Below, in pieces: positions 12,961 through 26,312 of a DNA stretch of 64,000 nucleotides. Location: positions 62,518 through 126,517 of the forward strand of contig NMRA01000165.1 in NCBI GenBank assembly GCA_002633005.1, in the 5' to 3' direction. The DNA is from Phoronis australis (lineage: Eukaryota; Animalia; Phoronida). Position numbers and translations under genes: made by a program. The notes below the pieces were generated by a model. It worked only from the letters and a program-made list of their open reading frames with translations. It searched no databases and was not told where the DNA came from. The first letter of the stretch is position 1. Every line of letters begins with the position of its first letter.

Positions 12961-14749
12961 TCTTTACTAGTTTATTACTTGCTGTCGCTTTAAAATGATA
13001 TGAAATTAGATTAAAAACTTAGGTAATTAGAGAATATTGTGTGAAATTTGTTGTTTACGACTGTGAATACTTTGAATTTTCAAGAACCGTAATTTTATGA
13101 GTTTTCTTGTCAAAATGTGTAGATGATAGGACCAAATTTTTAAGCCACAAAACAAAGAGCTCGAAAGCAGTGTAGGCAGCACTTCTAATATCAAGTTTTA
13201 AATAAGCACAGATTGCAGATATATTTTATTTGATGAAATAGAAAATTACCTGACTTTGAAATAAATATTTAGAAATGAGTTCAGTCTATTTCTAAATAAA
13301 TTTTCTAGTTGTGAAAATCAACTAAAGGCGCAAGGCTATTTCTAAAGCGAAAATAACGACTGAGGCCTTGCTCATAGAACTGCAGTTTGGTAAGCAAATG
13401 CAAAAGCGCGTAGATTTTTGTCAATTATAGACAGGATCACAAAAGAACACTAGGTAAGTCACAGTGACAGCTAATAGCGATGCAATGATGGCGTTGAATA
13501 TCACATTTATGTGAACCTTAGTATGTACAATTAAACTCACAGACTCATCGATGGATAACAACATACTGGTCAATTAACACAAATATATACATCCACCTCA
13601 TAAATCCACCTCATAAACCCAATACCTGTCAGACTTTTGCTTCCAAGTCCCAAAATCACAAACTAAAGACTAGAATCAATCGAGTTCGCAGATGTGAATT
13701 TTTTTCGTTTAAGTAGGAACGCAAACTTGCCATATTAAAACTCAAAAAATGAACCAAAGCAATAGTTTGCAAATTGGACCTGCATGGGTATTTAAACTGA
13801 AAGCACAGGAATATTGGGCCGCACGACACTTAAATTCAATAGAATCTTATTATTACCTACCATGTTTAAATATCACAAATAAACGTTCAAGTTCCGGTTT
13901 TACCTTAATGTACATGTATGTATGTCTCCCTGGTTATAATGAACTATCAATATAGCATACACAGTCCAAAAGACCCAAAGCACACTAATATTGGTGCGTA
14001 CAACAATCAAGTACATGTACAACTTTACTTTATTAAAATGTACCATGTTTAGAATGTTAACTACAAAATAAAATGCAAACTTTCAACTTCCAAATTTTCC
14101 TAATATAAGTCTACCCTGGTTACAAGAAACTATCGGGTAAGATAGTAATTTCAGAGATGTACTTATTAACGAGGTTCCAGTGTAGAATAGAATAAACTTG
14201 ATGATGATTCGCCAGGCCTCAGGCCCACAACCACATTTCAACAGTATATATACAAAGTCAACAGGTACACAGTGAATTTATGCACTCATTATTTCATCTC
14301 TGACTGACATAGTTTTTGATATGAAGTTTGCAAAACTTTTCAAAATCCGAACAAAGCTGGTTTTGAAGTGTTTCTCAAACTCCGAATCATTTCGCTGCAG
14401 ATAACATTTCCTCAAATCCTACAAGACTGGACACTTGAATCAAAAAATGAATCTCCGTCTCTATCTCATTTGTATTACACATGGAACATATCCTTTGTTC
14501 ACGTGGTACATTTTTCTTCTCCCTATTTCAATTCCAAGAGGGTGTGCTGAGCATCTAATGTTAGCAATGGAAATATTTCCTTTAAAGACAAATTGCAACA
14601 TAAGTATTCTTCGCATAATAAACTGATTTGAAGTTTCTAAAAAAAAATATCCGGCTGACATCGTTGGTAAGTAGCCCTGCACGTCTTTCCTTTCATTTCT
14701 TTCATTTCGTGCGTCCCTGAGGATGGGCATGAGCTGTTTTACAACACTT

Positions 14750-15479
14750 CTTGTGGCGCTTTTTATTGCCCATCTTACTAGAGATTAACATTTTATGTTA
14801 TTTACCTGTATTCATTATATTCTAATCGTATTAGTCATAATAAATTAACTTACATCGCCTACCTCGGTCTCCTTTTCATCTCTGGTAACGAGCTTGCGAC
14901 GCACTTATCATTTATCTATTATTCGGGACATATGTCGATCATAAATGGTATTTCATTCGTTAAATATATTTATGTGAGCATATGGACCCGCCTTACTCCT
15001 TTTCCCCCTCATCTCGGTCTATTCCATTATTCCCTTGTGTAGGACTACACGTCGTTTTTCCAGCCTTCGCATTGGTCTGCTGTTATCACGTGCTTCGAGT
15101 TTGGTTAGCTCTTGGCTCTTATAGGCTGATGATTGTCACGTGTCTTCAGGGGCGTTTTTCTTTGTTATTGTAACCTCGCTTTCAGTTCACTTTGTTCCGG
15201 CCACATTGTTGTACGTCAAAAACTCATTCAATTTTCCCACCCTCTTCCTCCCAGTTTTCGTCATTCTCTCGTACTTCCACGTGGCCGGCGCTTTTTATTT
15301 CCCATCTTACCAGCGATTACCTATTATACGTTATTTACCTGTATTCATTTTATTGTAACTGTACTAGTCATAATAAATGACCTTATATCGCCTACCTCGG
15401 TCTCCTTTTCATCTCTGGTAACGAGCTTGCGACGCACGTATAATTTATCTATTATTCGGGACATATGTCGATCATAAAT
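14750..15479. repeat. ~195-bp direct repeat (14750-14945 and 15280-15479)
   Basis: Shared text ...TCGCCTACCTCGGTCTCCTTTTCATCTCTGGTAACGAGCTTGCGACGCAC...GGGACATATGTCGATCATAAAT. Confidence 0.85.
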
Positions 15480-16039
15480 AGTTATAAACAGTTAGGCAGT
15501 TGCTTGTGTATGGTAATGGTTCCCAGTTGTAGAATAGGTAGTACGGGTTCCAGTTCGTTGTGAATTGTGATGTAGTATTTTGTTAGGCCTGTAATATAGT
15601 CATTGTCGCGGGTCTTTCTAACGCTCTGATATATAGTGTCTGTTAATTAATTGCCGATTACTCGGACTGTGCTTTTTATTTCTTGTAGATAACCACTTGT
15701 TTGGTTTCACTTCTTCAACGCTTGTTCGGTTTCACTTTTTAACCCTTCTTCAGTATCTCTTTTTAACGCATGTTTCGGACATTTTTTCCATCGCCTGTAA
15801 CTCTATCGTTTCCCAATTCTGCACCGAATAAAGTGTGCTGTACAATCGGCCTCTCCAGTTATATTTTTCAACTCATCCCTGTAGCCAGACGCTGCTACAC
15901 TTTTAAAATAATGTGAGCGGAGTCTGCACTTAGTGACTGACGTGTGTATGCGTATCATATCTAATAAAATACCTCAACACTATCGTTAATACGATTCAGA
16001 TAGTCTTTCGAAAAACGTAAATATGACACCTCCAGTATC

Positions 16040-18768
16040 CCTGTAGAACATAGTAATAATGTGACATTTAATGAAGAAATTTTATGTTTAATTGATTCAT
16101 TATTGTTATCCTATGAACATCAGAACCAACTTGACATTGTGTATCAGTCATTTGCTGACCTATTAATTAAGGAAATGGAATATTTGCTGGACTACAAGGA
16201 TTATTATCCGAGTCGTAAACTAAGAAAGCACTTTAAAAGGAAGCAGCCTTACTGGAATTCGGAACTTAATGATTTGTGGAAAAAATCGAAAGACATTGAG
16301 AAACAACTTTCAAGAAGTCAAAGAGGACGCGGGAACTGGTCACATTATAAACAACTATTTCTGTCTGCTCAATATACATTTGACAAGAAACTAAAATGCG
16401 CGAAACGCTCATACCAGTTAAAGGTTCAGAAGAATCTGAATACTGAAAATCCTAAGCAATTCTGGGCATATATTAAGAAACTGGGACCAAAACAGTTTAG
16501 CGAAATTCCCCTGGAAGTCCTGGATTCAAATAATGAAATTAACTCTGACAAAAATTTCGTTCTAAATAGATGGAAAACTGATTACGAACAATTATTTAAA
16601 TGCACTTCTGAAAATACACTATTTGATGAAGAATTTTATTTGAAAACCTTGAATTTGCGCAAGCAGCTAGAAAATGATTGTTCTAATACTGCTGATCATG
16701 ACTTAAATTGTGAAATCTGTATTGATGAGGTTAGAAATGCAGTTATGAAAACAAAGAATAACAAAGCCGTCGGCTATGACTGTATATCTTATGAGGTGTT
16801 AAAATTCGACACTATTGTTGTTTTTCCAACCCAATTGTTCAATGAATCTTTTAAACGTGGACTAATGCCTTCTGACTGGTATAAGGCACTTATAATCCCA
16901 ATACCTAAGAATTCTACAGACGACCCTAGGTTACCTTTGAACTACCGTGGGATTAGTCTTTTTTCCAATATTTATAAAATCTTCAGTGCTGTGTTGAATA
17001 ATAGAATTTTGGGTTTCTGTAGACAGAACAATATTTTACTTTACGAGCAAAATGATTTTCGAAGCCAACGGTCTTGCATTGATCACTTATATGTCCTGTC
17101 ATCAATTATTCAAACAAGAAAGTCGACTAACCTTTCCACATTTGTGAAATTTGTGGACACGAAAAAAGCCTTTGACTGGACAAACCATGAACTTCTGTTT
17201 TATAAATTACTGCAAAATAATATTAATGGTAGAATGTATGATGCAATTTGTATGATTTACAGAAGTCCGTTGAACTGTATACGATTAAATGGCACTCTGT
17301 ATAGTGGTTGGTTCACTCCTGAAAATGGTGTCCTTCAGGGGGACGTTTTATCACCGACACTCTTTGCATTATATATAAATGACTTAGCTCTGGATATTAA
17401 AAAACTGGGTAAAGGTGTCCAATGTGGCCCGAACAATATTTCAGTGCTTCTTCACGCCGATGATATTGCACTTTTGTCTGAGAATGAAAACGACATGCAA
17501 GATATGTTGAAGGTTTTAAACAACTGGTGAAAAAAGTGGAGAATGGTTGTGAACATGGCAAAAATTAATGTTGTCCATTTTCGAGCTAAGTCTATGCCTA
17601 GAAGCAATTTTGAATTTAGTTTGAACAGTGTCATCAGTTATAAATCCTCATCCAAATATTTATGCTGTATTCTAAGTCAACTCATTGAGTCAGACTTCAA
17701 AGAAAGTTTGAATACGTTATCTGAAGCTTCTGGTAGAGCGTTAGGGAAGATATGCTCAACGTTCCGTGATAACAAGAATCGAGGATTCGAAACGTTTAAA
17801 ACATTATTTAATTCGTGTGTGGCACCAATTGTGGATTACGGGTCATCTGTTTGGGGTTACAAACATTTTTGTAATGTTGAAAATATCCGAAACAGAACGA
17901 TGCGTTTTTATTTAGGGGTCAACCGATTTACAGTCAACCATGCTGTTAGTGGCGATATGGGGTGGGACTCCACCGGAAATAGATTTAAATTGAATATGCT
18001 GCGTCTTTGGAACAAACTGGTAACCACAGGTGGTGATAGGTTATTGAAGAAGGTATTTCTATGGGACTACTCTGTTGGTAGAAAGGGTTGGATAGACGGA
18101 ATCAAAAATTTGCTTAACATAACTGACATGCAATCCTGTTTTCAAAATTTGACTACTTCTAACATAATAGATGCTAGAAACAAACTATTTGAATACGCGA
18201 AACATGCTTGGGCTGAATCTGTTGTAACTAAACCGAAGTTAAGAACCTACATTTTATTTAAGCACGAGTTTTTAACTGAGCCGAATGTAAAGATTAATTG
18301 ATATCGTTCTGAGCGGTCTCTTTTGGCTCAGCTTAGAGCAGGAAATCTCCCGTTGCACTTGGATTCTGGTCGTCATGTAAACACTCCTGTAAGTGAAAGA
18401 CTTTGCTTGTGTTGTGACTCTGGCTTTGTGGAGGATGAGCTCAGTACACTTTGTGTTTGATTGTTCTCTTTATAACTCACGGAGGTCTATTCTGTTTAAT
18501 AATGTTTCACTTCAAGTCCCGAACTTTGTAGATTTCACCAGATTAGGTACGTTAAAACTGCTATTTCAGTATTTCCCTAGGCAATTTGCCAAATATATGA
18601 AATCTGCTTTTGAACTAAGAAACCGACGCATTTATGGTAGGCCTACATCTGAGTTGTGTGGTTAAAGTGACTAATAAGCCCAAATGGGTTGTGTACTTAC
18701 GAATGCTATACCTATAACTGTTTGATATAATTGTACTTGTCACTATAATAAATAAATACTATTACTAC
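16040..18768 (+). mobile_element. 5'-truncated LINE (RTEX-like) ORF2, degenerate
   Basis: RT motifs NYRGISL, FVDTKKAFD, GVLQGDVLSPTLF and LLHADD. C-terminal KPKLRTY...ERLCLCC...HFVFDC region; AATAAA followed by a TAC/TAT tail at ~18750-18768; in-frame stops. Confidence 0.85.
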
Positions 18769-19424
18769 ACGCTTAACAGCGGTGTATCACAAAAGGCCCA
18801 CCATCGTGTACTGCTTGTGCGGTGTACTTAGTTGTTGTGGCCTAAAATTGATAAAAGTTTCCTCTTGTAAAAACATCATTGCTTGCAAAGCATTCCAATA
18901 CGGAAACCAAGGTTTTCTTCCAACGTTAACAATAAATTATATTGGTATACATGCAGCAACGCGCTGGTCCATGGGGGAATATGGAAATTTAAAAAGTCCA
19001 TGAGTTTAGATGGAGAAAGATGGCACGAAATTATCGGATTGAAAATTTGTCTCAGGCTTCCAAAATTGAATAGAGGGGACTTAATTTTCAATCAAAGTAG
19101 CGGAGGTTCCAGTCTTTGGAGCTGTGTTTAACTGGTTCTTTTCAACTTTTTTATGGTAGGTCTATGATCTTGGAATTAAACTAACAACAGCAAAGTCTAA
19201 ATAACCAGCAATAAAAAGGTTATAAGTCCAATTTTTTGGATTCAACAATATTTTTCAAAGCCGGCACATGAATAAGGGCTGGGTTGCATTAAACTTTAAA
19301 ATGCTGGATAAGTTTATCAATGGATTTTACATGACGTAAAATAACTTGTTTGACAACGTGACGCGTGATGATGTCATTGCCGGTTTTTACCAGTGTATCA
19401 CCTTGATACAACGGGTCTTGATGG

Positions 19425-20807
19425 TACGGAGCTCCCCTTTACATGAGTAAATTTGATTTTCTCCGTTGGCATTTTGATCATGAAGATTAGCTAAGAAGAC
19501 ATGTTGTTCACATTGTCCTGTATTAGCTTAATAAATTCTGAAAACTAAAAACAATATTCAATGTCGCACGCCTACACACGGGCGTACAAACACCACACAA
19601 ACAGAGCCTCATTACCTATTTTACTTTGTTTCGGGATAAAAAACGACTTTGAAAGTGTTCTTGATTTCTCAAACAACCTACAAAGTCGATTAAAATAGTG
19701 CATGCGATACAACATTCGTTTCATTATATACTGGGTAAAATATACCTGAATAATAGTTAAAAACAGAACTCAATCAACGAAATATCTATGACATTTCTGT
19801 TGAATTCGCCGTTGTCCTTCAGTTCATAAAAAATGTTCATCCAAAATTGGGCACAATGTTTACGCAAGATACTCCAACAGAACTCAATCTGTTTTGTTCT
19901 GATTGTTTCCAAGATGGAATTTTTTTTGCCAGCAACTGCATTAGGGCAATTCCGTCGCATAAACGTGCATTTGTTGCACGACCACGTTCTCGGTACCGAA
20001 ATCTGCCCTCACCACTCTTGGGCACACACTACTGTCGCGCATTGCGTGCATGTAATAACCAACATTTGGATCGCTGCTTATTGTGTTCGCTTCCAACCAC
20101 AATATCTTTCAGTGGAAAACCTTTCTATGCAGCCATTGATACACATTCCAAAATACTAATCAGTTTATCTCAATAGTCAATATGCCACATAAAATTAGGG
20201 CTTCTTACTCGACCCGCGCGTCTCTGCAGCCTCTTCCTTGCCCTCCATCGTACTCCATCGGGATCTAAGATACCTAACAAATGGTGGGAGGTTTCCCTGT
20301 CAATATCCAGCCCATTTTGCATCCACCGATAACCATCCTGATGCCTGTTCTTCACCAAAGCAAGCAACGTCTACAATACTTGTGTACTTCTTGCGCCGAA
20401 ACAACCCTATGTTTGCCGCTGAAGAGTTCGCCTGCTTATAAACATGATTTACTGATAACGACACAAAAATCTCGTCATAGATAATGCCCAAATGAAAATA
20501 TACACGGATAATCTCCCTCATTCTCTCTGACAACTATGAAGCACAACCGATTGTGTATAAAGCCTAACTTCAACGGAATTTCGTTAAAATAGATGTATTA
20601 GGCTAACCAGATAGTCCCAGCAGAGCCTTAATAGAATAAGAACACGCAAGTTCAATCAAGCAAATGTGAGCCCTTCAAATGAAAAGTGAAGCTGCCTTTT
20701 CGTGTCATGTTGCGTCACTGCGAGATCAGTAATCTGTAGTAACAGAATGGCAATCCCTATAAACAGAACCAATTTTTATTTTTTCGTGACACAAATGGGC
20801 CTTCGTA
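19425..20807 (-). mobile_element. IS3EU-like DDE transposon remnant
   Basis: Frameshifted fragments GYRWM...LDPDGV...PNFMWHID.DKL, CINGCI, CPRVVRADFGTEN and IEFCWSILRK. TACG...CGTA termini; the left boundary is uncertain and no TSD was found. Confidence 0.7.
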
Positions 20808-21324
20808 GTAAAGTGTTATTGCCGACACAAATTTCATACACCAGTTGACCCGAGGTATGCAAACAGGACAAGTCGGTGAATTTTTTGAGATAACGTCAGC
20901 ATAGCATGACAACTCCTTTTTATTTATTATTAATATGATTATTTTCCTTACATTCGGATATATTTAGCACATACATGTAAAAGCATATTCTCTATTCAGT
21001 TTTCCTTCTTCGAGCATAATTGTTCAACTCTTCTTTATTCAATATTACTTATTTATTGACAAATGATCTGTTAAGTAAACTAGTATGTTATTGCAGTAAA
21101 AATCTGAAACCATACTTTGTTGTCTTTCCAGCTGAATACCACCATAATGTTGACTTTTAACAATAAATAGCATTTAAAAAATTAGCATTTAGAAAATGCG
21201 CCAGTATGTACAGGCACAGATGTTTACTACAGTTTATGGGCTGGAAATTACATTTAACGGGGTCTTGCTCGCACTGGACAATGCGGCCACTCACCACTGA
21301 TGAAAGCCGCTCACATTGTTGAAC

Positions 21325-21760
21325 TGCTGTACGTGAACTTGAATCCTGCTTAATCTCAAGATTAAGCGGAAGTGAGAGTTGCGTGAACTTGGAATACGCG
21401 AGGCAACTTGACAAGTTCACTCAAATAATCACGTTCATGTTCATAAAAGTTTGCACTGCACTATATCAAGTTACATTTGAATAAAATAATGTCAAGTTTA
21501 ACCAATCTTTTCAACTACGGGCGATCAGTTTTCGATCAAATACAATAATCGATTTAGCCGTTCACATATTCCTCCGGTTCATGGACACAACGAAGTTACG
21601 GTAAAGTAGAAAATGGTTGATCGTGAGGCCAATAAGTACAAAAATTCTTTTCAATGAACAAAAATTTCACCTTTTTGCCTTAAACTGAGAATATTGAATT
21701 CTGAGTTCACGCATATGCGATCTTGAGATTAAGCAGGATTCCAAGTTCACGCACAGCACC
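21325..21760. mobile_element. MITE with ~38-bp TIRs, absent from unit 2
   Basis: TGCTGTACGTGAACTTGAATCCTGCTTAATCTCAAGAT / ATCTTGAGATTAAGCAGGATTCCAAGTTCACGCACAGCA. Confidence 0.8.
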
Positions 21761-21877
21761 AGTTGAAGACTTGCGATTGTGGTCATTACTTCCGACTCGG
21801 CATTTGTCCTTTAAACCCTGTGGTCACCAGTGATCATGTCGAGTGAACGAGCAGCTTATCTTTGTTATGTTCTCTAT

Positions 21878-24800
21878 GTAGTAGTAGTAGTAAATATAGA
21901 TTATTTAAAAGTCGGTGAGATTTAACAATGAAACGTTAGCACAAGTGCTATTATCTGACAAATTTAAAATCTACGAAAGGAAAATACAGAACTAAAATAC
22001 TATCTAATTCTACAGTACGGAGAATATACAGAAATATAAATACAAAAGTACACATACATGTTACGGAGCGTGTAGACACCCGTATCAGTTTTCACAAGAG
22101 CAGATCTCAGAGAAAAAATCATAAGCAAGAGTGGCAAATTCATTTAAGGCAGTACATTGTCACATTACTGATGGCAATGAGTTCCACAACAAAGTACCTT
22201 TATGGGAGATTGAGTTACACCCTCAAGTCATCGTATTAAAGCGTTTCACATAGAGAAAGTTTTCACCTCTGAGATCGTATCCAGACTCTCTAAATTCAAG
22301 CTTTCCTGACAAAGGAGAGGGTCCAATAATATGAACATTTTTAATGCTTCAATAGATAAATTTCATCCGCCAACTAGTTAGAGAGCAGCTCCTAGCCTTA
22401 TCTAAGAGTTGTGAGTAGCTTGATTCGCTGTCATTGAACACAAATTTTAAAGCACGGTGTTGTATCTTTTCCATTTTCCTACTTTTCTGTATTCCACATA
22501 AGTGCCAAACGAGGGGGCAGTGATTAAAATAGGATCTTATAAATGCTTAATATAACTTAAGCTTACTGTTAATGCCTCAAACATTACGAAGACGGAACAA
22601 GGCATTCATTTGTCGAGAAGCTTTTTTGCAAATAACATCAACGTGCTCATGGAATTTTAACTGGCTGTCAAGTTGGACACCTAGCAGCTTAACGGACTCT
22701 TCACACTCAATCATAGTATCACCAGACATGAGATACCTATCATTATTATGTACACGATTCCTAGAAAAGATGATTGACTTCAATTTACCAGGGTTTACAG
22801 CCATTCCATTAGAGGAGAACCAATCCATTGCCATCTACCCAGCTACCTTGAGGCTGAGGCGAACTGCAGATAAAGAGGAGTTTGCTTGCAAGAGGGTATT
22901 GTCATCAGCGGAATTATATAACTTACAGTGACCACTTATAGCGTAAAATATATCATTGATAAAAATGCTGAATAACATGGGGCCTAAGACAAACCCTTGA
23001 GGAACGCCCTTGGGGACATTTAACCAGTCACTGACATTGGAGCCAATTTTCACTCTCATCCTTCTATAACTGAGATAGGACATTATGAGGTTACAAGTAT
23101 TCAATGAGCAGCCATAGGCTTTTAGTTTGGCAACAAGGAGCTCATGGGGGAGGCAATCAAAAGCCTTAGACAGATCAATTAGTATGCACCCAGCAAATAA
23201 ATTATTATCCTGAGCTAACCTTACATCTTCAGTTGGATGCAACAAGACATCCTGACAAAAACCTTTACGGAAAGCACATAAATTTTCATTTAAAATTTCA
23301 TCAAAATGTGGCTTCAATTGGTCTAGAATAAGTCGTTTAAAAACTTGGTTGACAGCAGTTAGCACACTAACTGGTCTATAACAGGATTTATCCATTCGAA
23401 CCCCTTTCTTAAATACTGGGCTAATCTGACTTTTTTCAACATAGAGGGATACTCATTGGAGGCTATACACTTGTTGAATATGGGTGTTAGGGACTTGCAT
23501 ATTGTATGTCATGAGCGCTATACTTGAGGAATCTCGGATGTAATTGAGTCATAACCCATGGATTTATTGCATATAATGCCCTTAAGCTTATATAGGACGT
23601 CGTTTTCAGTGACAGAGAATCTGAGGACCCGTTGAATCGATCGTTCTTCACTTTTGGAGAGAATCGAGGTGACACTCGGATGAGAAGTATAATCATTGTA
23701 ATAATTTACATTTGGAAACTGGGAACTGATTGATTCCACCGATTCAAAAAAGTAACTATTAAAGATTTCAGCTACCTTATCAGCATCCGTGACAACTTGA
23801 CCATTTTCATACAACGTTATCCCGTTTCTGTCTGTTCCTTCACATACAATAGGTTTAACACTGTCCCAGAAGAGCTTTGAATTGCACGAGTTATTGATGT
23901 CACTGTTTGTTTGGAAATACCTCGCACATGGATTTTCTTTTCAATTTAGTGACTAGATTTCGCTGGGATCTATAATTCTCCCAGTTTTCAGCATTTCTGT
24001 ATTTAAAGTAGCGACGTCTGAGCATTCCCTTGACATTTATGGCTCTTCTAAGTTCGCCATTCATATAAGGGATAGGAAGCTTCCTTAGGACCTTGGTCTT
24101 CATTGGAGCATGAAAGTCAATTACCCCCCTCAGGAGCTCATTATGAAACCATAAAGCATCATCAGTATAATCAAAAATGTTGGCTACATGAAAGGGTGCT
24201 ACCTCAAGGTCCCTATTGTAGTCATTTATAGATAACGATTTTATGGAGCGGTAAAAATTTTTTCTGAGTTGATATTGCGAAATTTGGACTTTGGCAATAC
24301 CACCAACAACATGATGAAAATCACTTACACCCGAATGATAATTCAAGATTCGAACTAGTCTTCTAGGTGTGTTAGTTAGGATAACATCTAGTAGAGAGGG
24401 TGGGCCCTTGAAACACGTGGGCTCCTTGACAACACTTTTTAGACCATAGACATCCCTGAAATCGTTTAATGCATTATTACAAAGCATGTTCACATTCATA
24501 TCTCCTATGAGAAAGATCGTGTCATTCTCTAGTTGGACTCTACTCAAGACAGTATCAATACATGTCAACAGATCTACATTTTTCACTTGCGGTAGTTTAT
24601 ATATACATATGAAGAACCACTTATCTCTCTTAATGACAACTTCCAGGACAAGACACTCGGTCTTGCCTTCGCTTATGTCCCAAATCACCTCTGACATAAG
24701 ACAAAATACCACCACCATGTCTACTTCTATCATTTCTATGTAGTAGATTGTTAGGGACATAAAATTGTGCTGAGGCAACGGACTCGTCAAGCTTTGTTTC

Positions 24801-25787
24801 AGAGAAAAAACTTAAATCTACATGAGAGATGAGAGATTCTGCAACTTCATCAATTTGAGGAAAATGAATTGATATTAAGGTGAGTGGAGATAACGTTCTG
24901 TTCGTAATTCTTTCTCAACGCCGTAGCATTTGTGTGTGTTGCATTATCTCTACTCAGGGTCCCTGAAGAGTTTAAGGGGCGGTTTGTTATTGAGTTGACT
25001 GCATTCAGTTGTGGATCATAATCCTTTTTATCGCGTAGTCCGGGTACAGTCCAGGGATCAGTGACCGGGTGAGAACGGTCTTTGACTCATGGCCGAGGAT
25101 TAAGTTTACCTGCAGACGGTGTTTGGCCTTGTGGCCAGACTTATATCTTGTGACAATTAATCAGACGGCCGTGGCTGCACTGGAACTTAGTATGTCCGGT
25201 CTCAGAACAAAAGTAACACCGAACTTCCCTCCTGCAGTTGGACTGTCTTTCCTCATTGTGGTGAGATTTATCTCTCGGCTCACTCTTGTTGGCTTTTGCA
25301 ATGTTTCTCACCAGCTTTGTTGTACCACGACTGGTTGGATGGACATTGTCATAAAGCAGAGTCATCAACTGTGTTGTCCAAGTGCTTAAAGGTTGTATCA
25401 TTGTCCACGAAAACGACATTGAAATCTTGGCACAGTTTGAGCAACATACCATTGGCAGCGTTAACCTCGTCATTTAATCAGTCCATCCCCCTTGGTAGAA
25501 TACTGGATACATAGGTCTCTGAGGACTTGTGCAAACTGGTAAGTAGTGCTTTGAATGAGGTTTCCAAAGCGTCCACAGAGTCATGACAAATGTCATTTGT
25601 GCCCACATGTAAGGTGATGGAGTCAAGTTTGTCAATTGTTTCCAAATGTTCTTTTACATGCATAGCCTTTGCCCCGCTCAAAGTTTTCACCATTGTGCCC
25701 GACATCGTTTTAGGGTCAACCTTCTTGAGGGTCGAGTCACCAATAATCAGGTTCATCTTACTCACATTTCTGACCACAGTCTGCCGG
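21878..25787 (-). mobile_element. CR1/L2-group LINE with SGNH-esterase ORF1 and APE-RT ORF2, absent from unit 2
   Basis: ORF1: GDS/SGA/GTND/DNVHP plus a CCHC knuckle (25141-25777). APE: GDMN, LLDVIL, SDFH (23900-24790). RT: IDLSKAFD, GVPQG, SADD (22835-23395). (CTA)n tail at ~21878-21891. The empty site is visible at ~44655. Confidence 0.9.
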
Positions 25788-26189
25788 TTCTAGCTATGTT
25801 CACTGAATTGGCAACATGCTTGACACTGTTGGAGTGGACATAATAGGCTTATTGTCTTCATAATGCTTTAGCGATTGAAGCGAAACCTTGTGCACGAGAA
25901 TCTACGTAGTTGCGCTGATTTTTAAAATGTCGTCGAACCCGTACTTTCGACATTCCAGGCTGCAACTCTGTGCAAAAATCAGAAAAAACAATTATTTCGG
26001 TGTAACAACAACTACCACTGTTGAGAAAGTTAGTGCTAGCGATTACCAGTCCACTTCATTAGCTTGAGTACAAAGGGTGAGCTAAATAGATGCACATGTA
26101 AGTTGTCTGAGGGCAAAGGGAATCAGCGGTGACCAGTTCAACAAGTCAGCGACCTGCCCGTTGACACGGCTCCTGTTGTTCGGTTCTGA

Positions 26190-26223
26190 TATATAACGTT
26201 CAAGATTACCGTCGCATTCAGTT
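26190..26223 (+). promoter_or_regulatory. Candidate TATA box plus initiator of AKR copy 1
   Basis: TATATAA at 26190-26196 and TCAGTT at 26218-26223 (A at 26220, 30 nt after the first T), ~93 nt before the ATG. Confidence 0.55.
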
Positions 26224-26312
26224 ATTTATGGCACAGTAGGCCTGCTTGTTACCCACACCTCTGGGTTGACCTGCAATAGACCACTTGAATTTCCCGAGAG
26301 TCGTCCAGTTCA

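Noticed and set aside
19276-19418. Small Harbinger-like MITE
   Set aside because: The terminal repeats are too degenerate to support with confidence.
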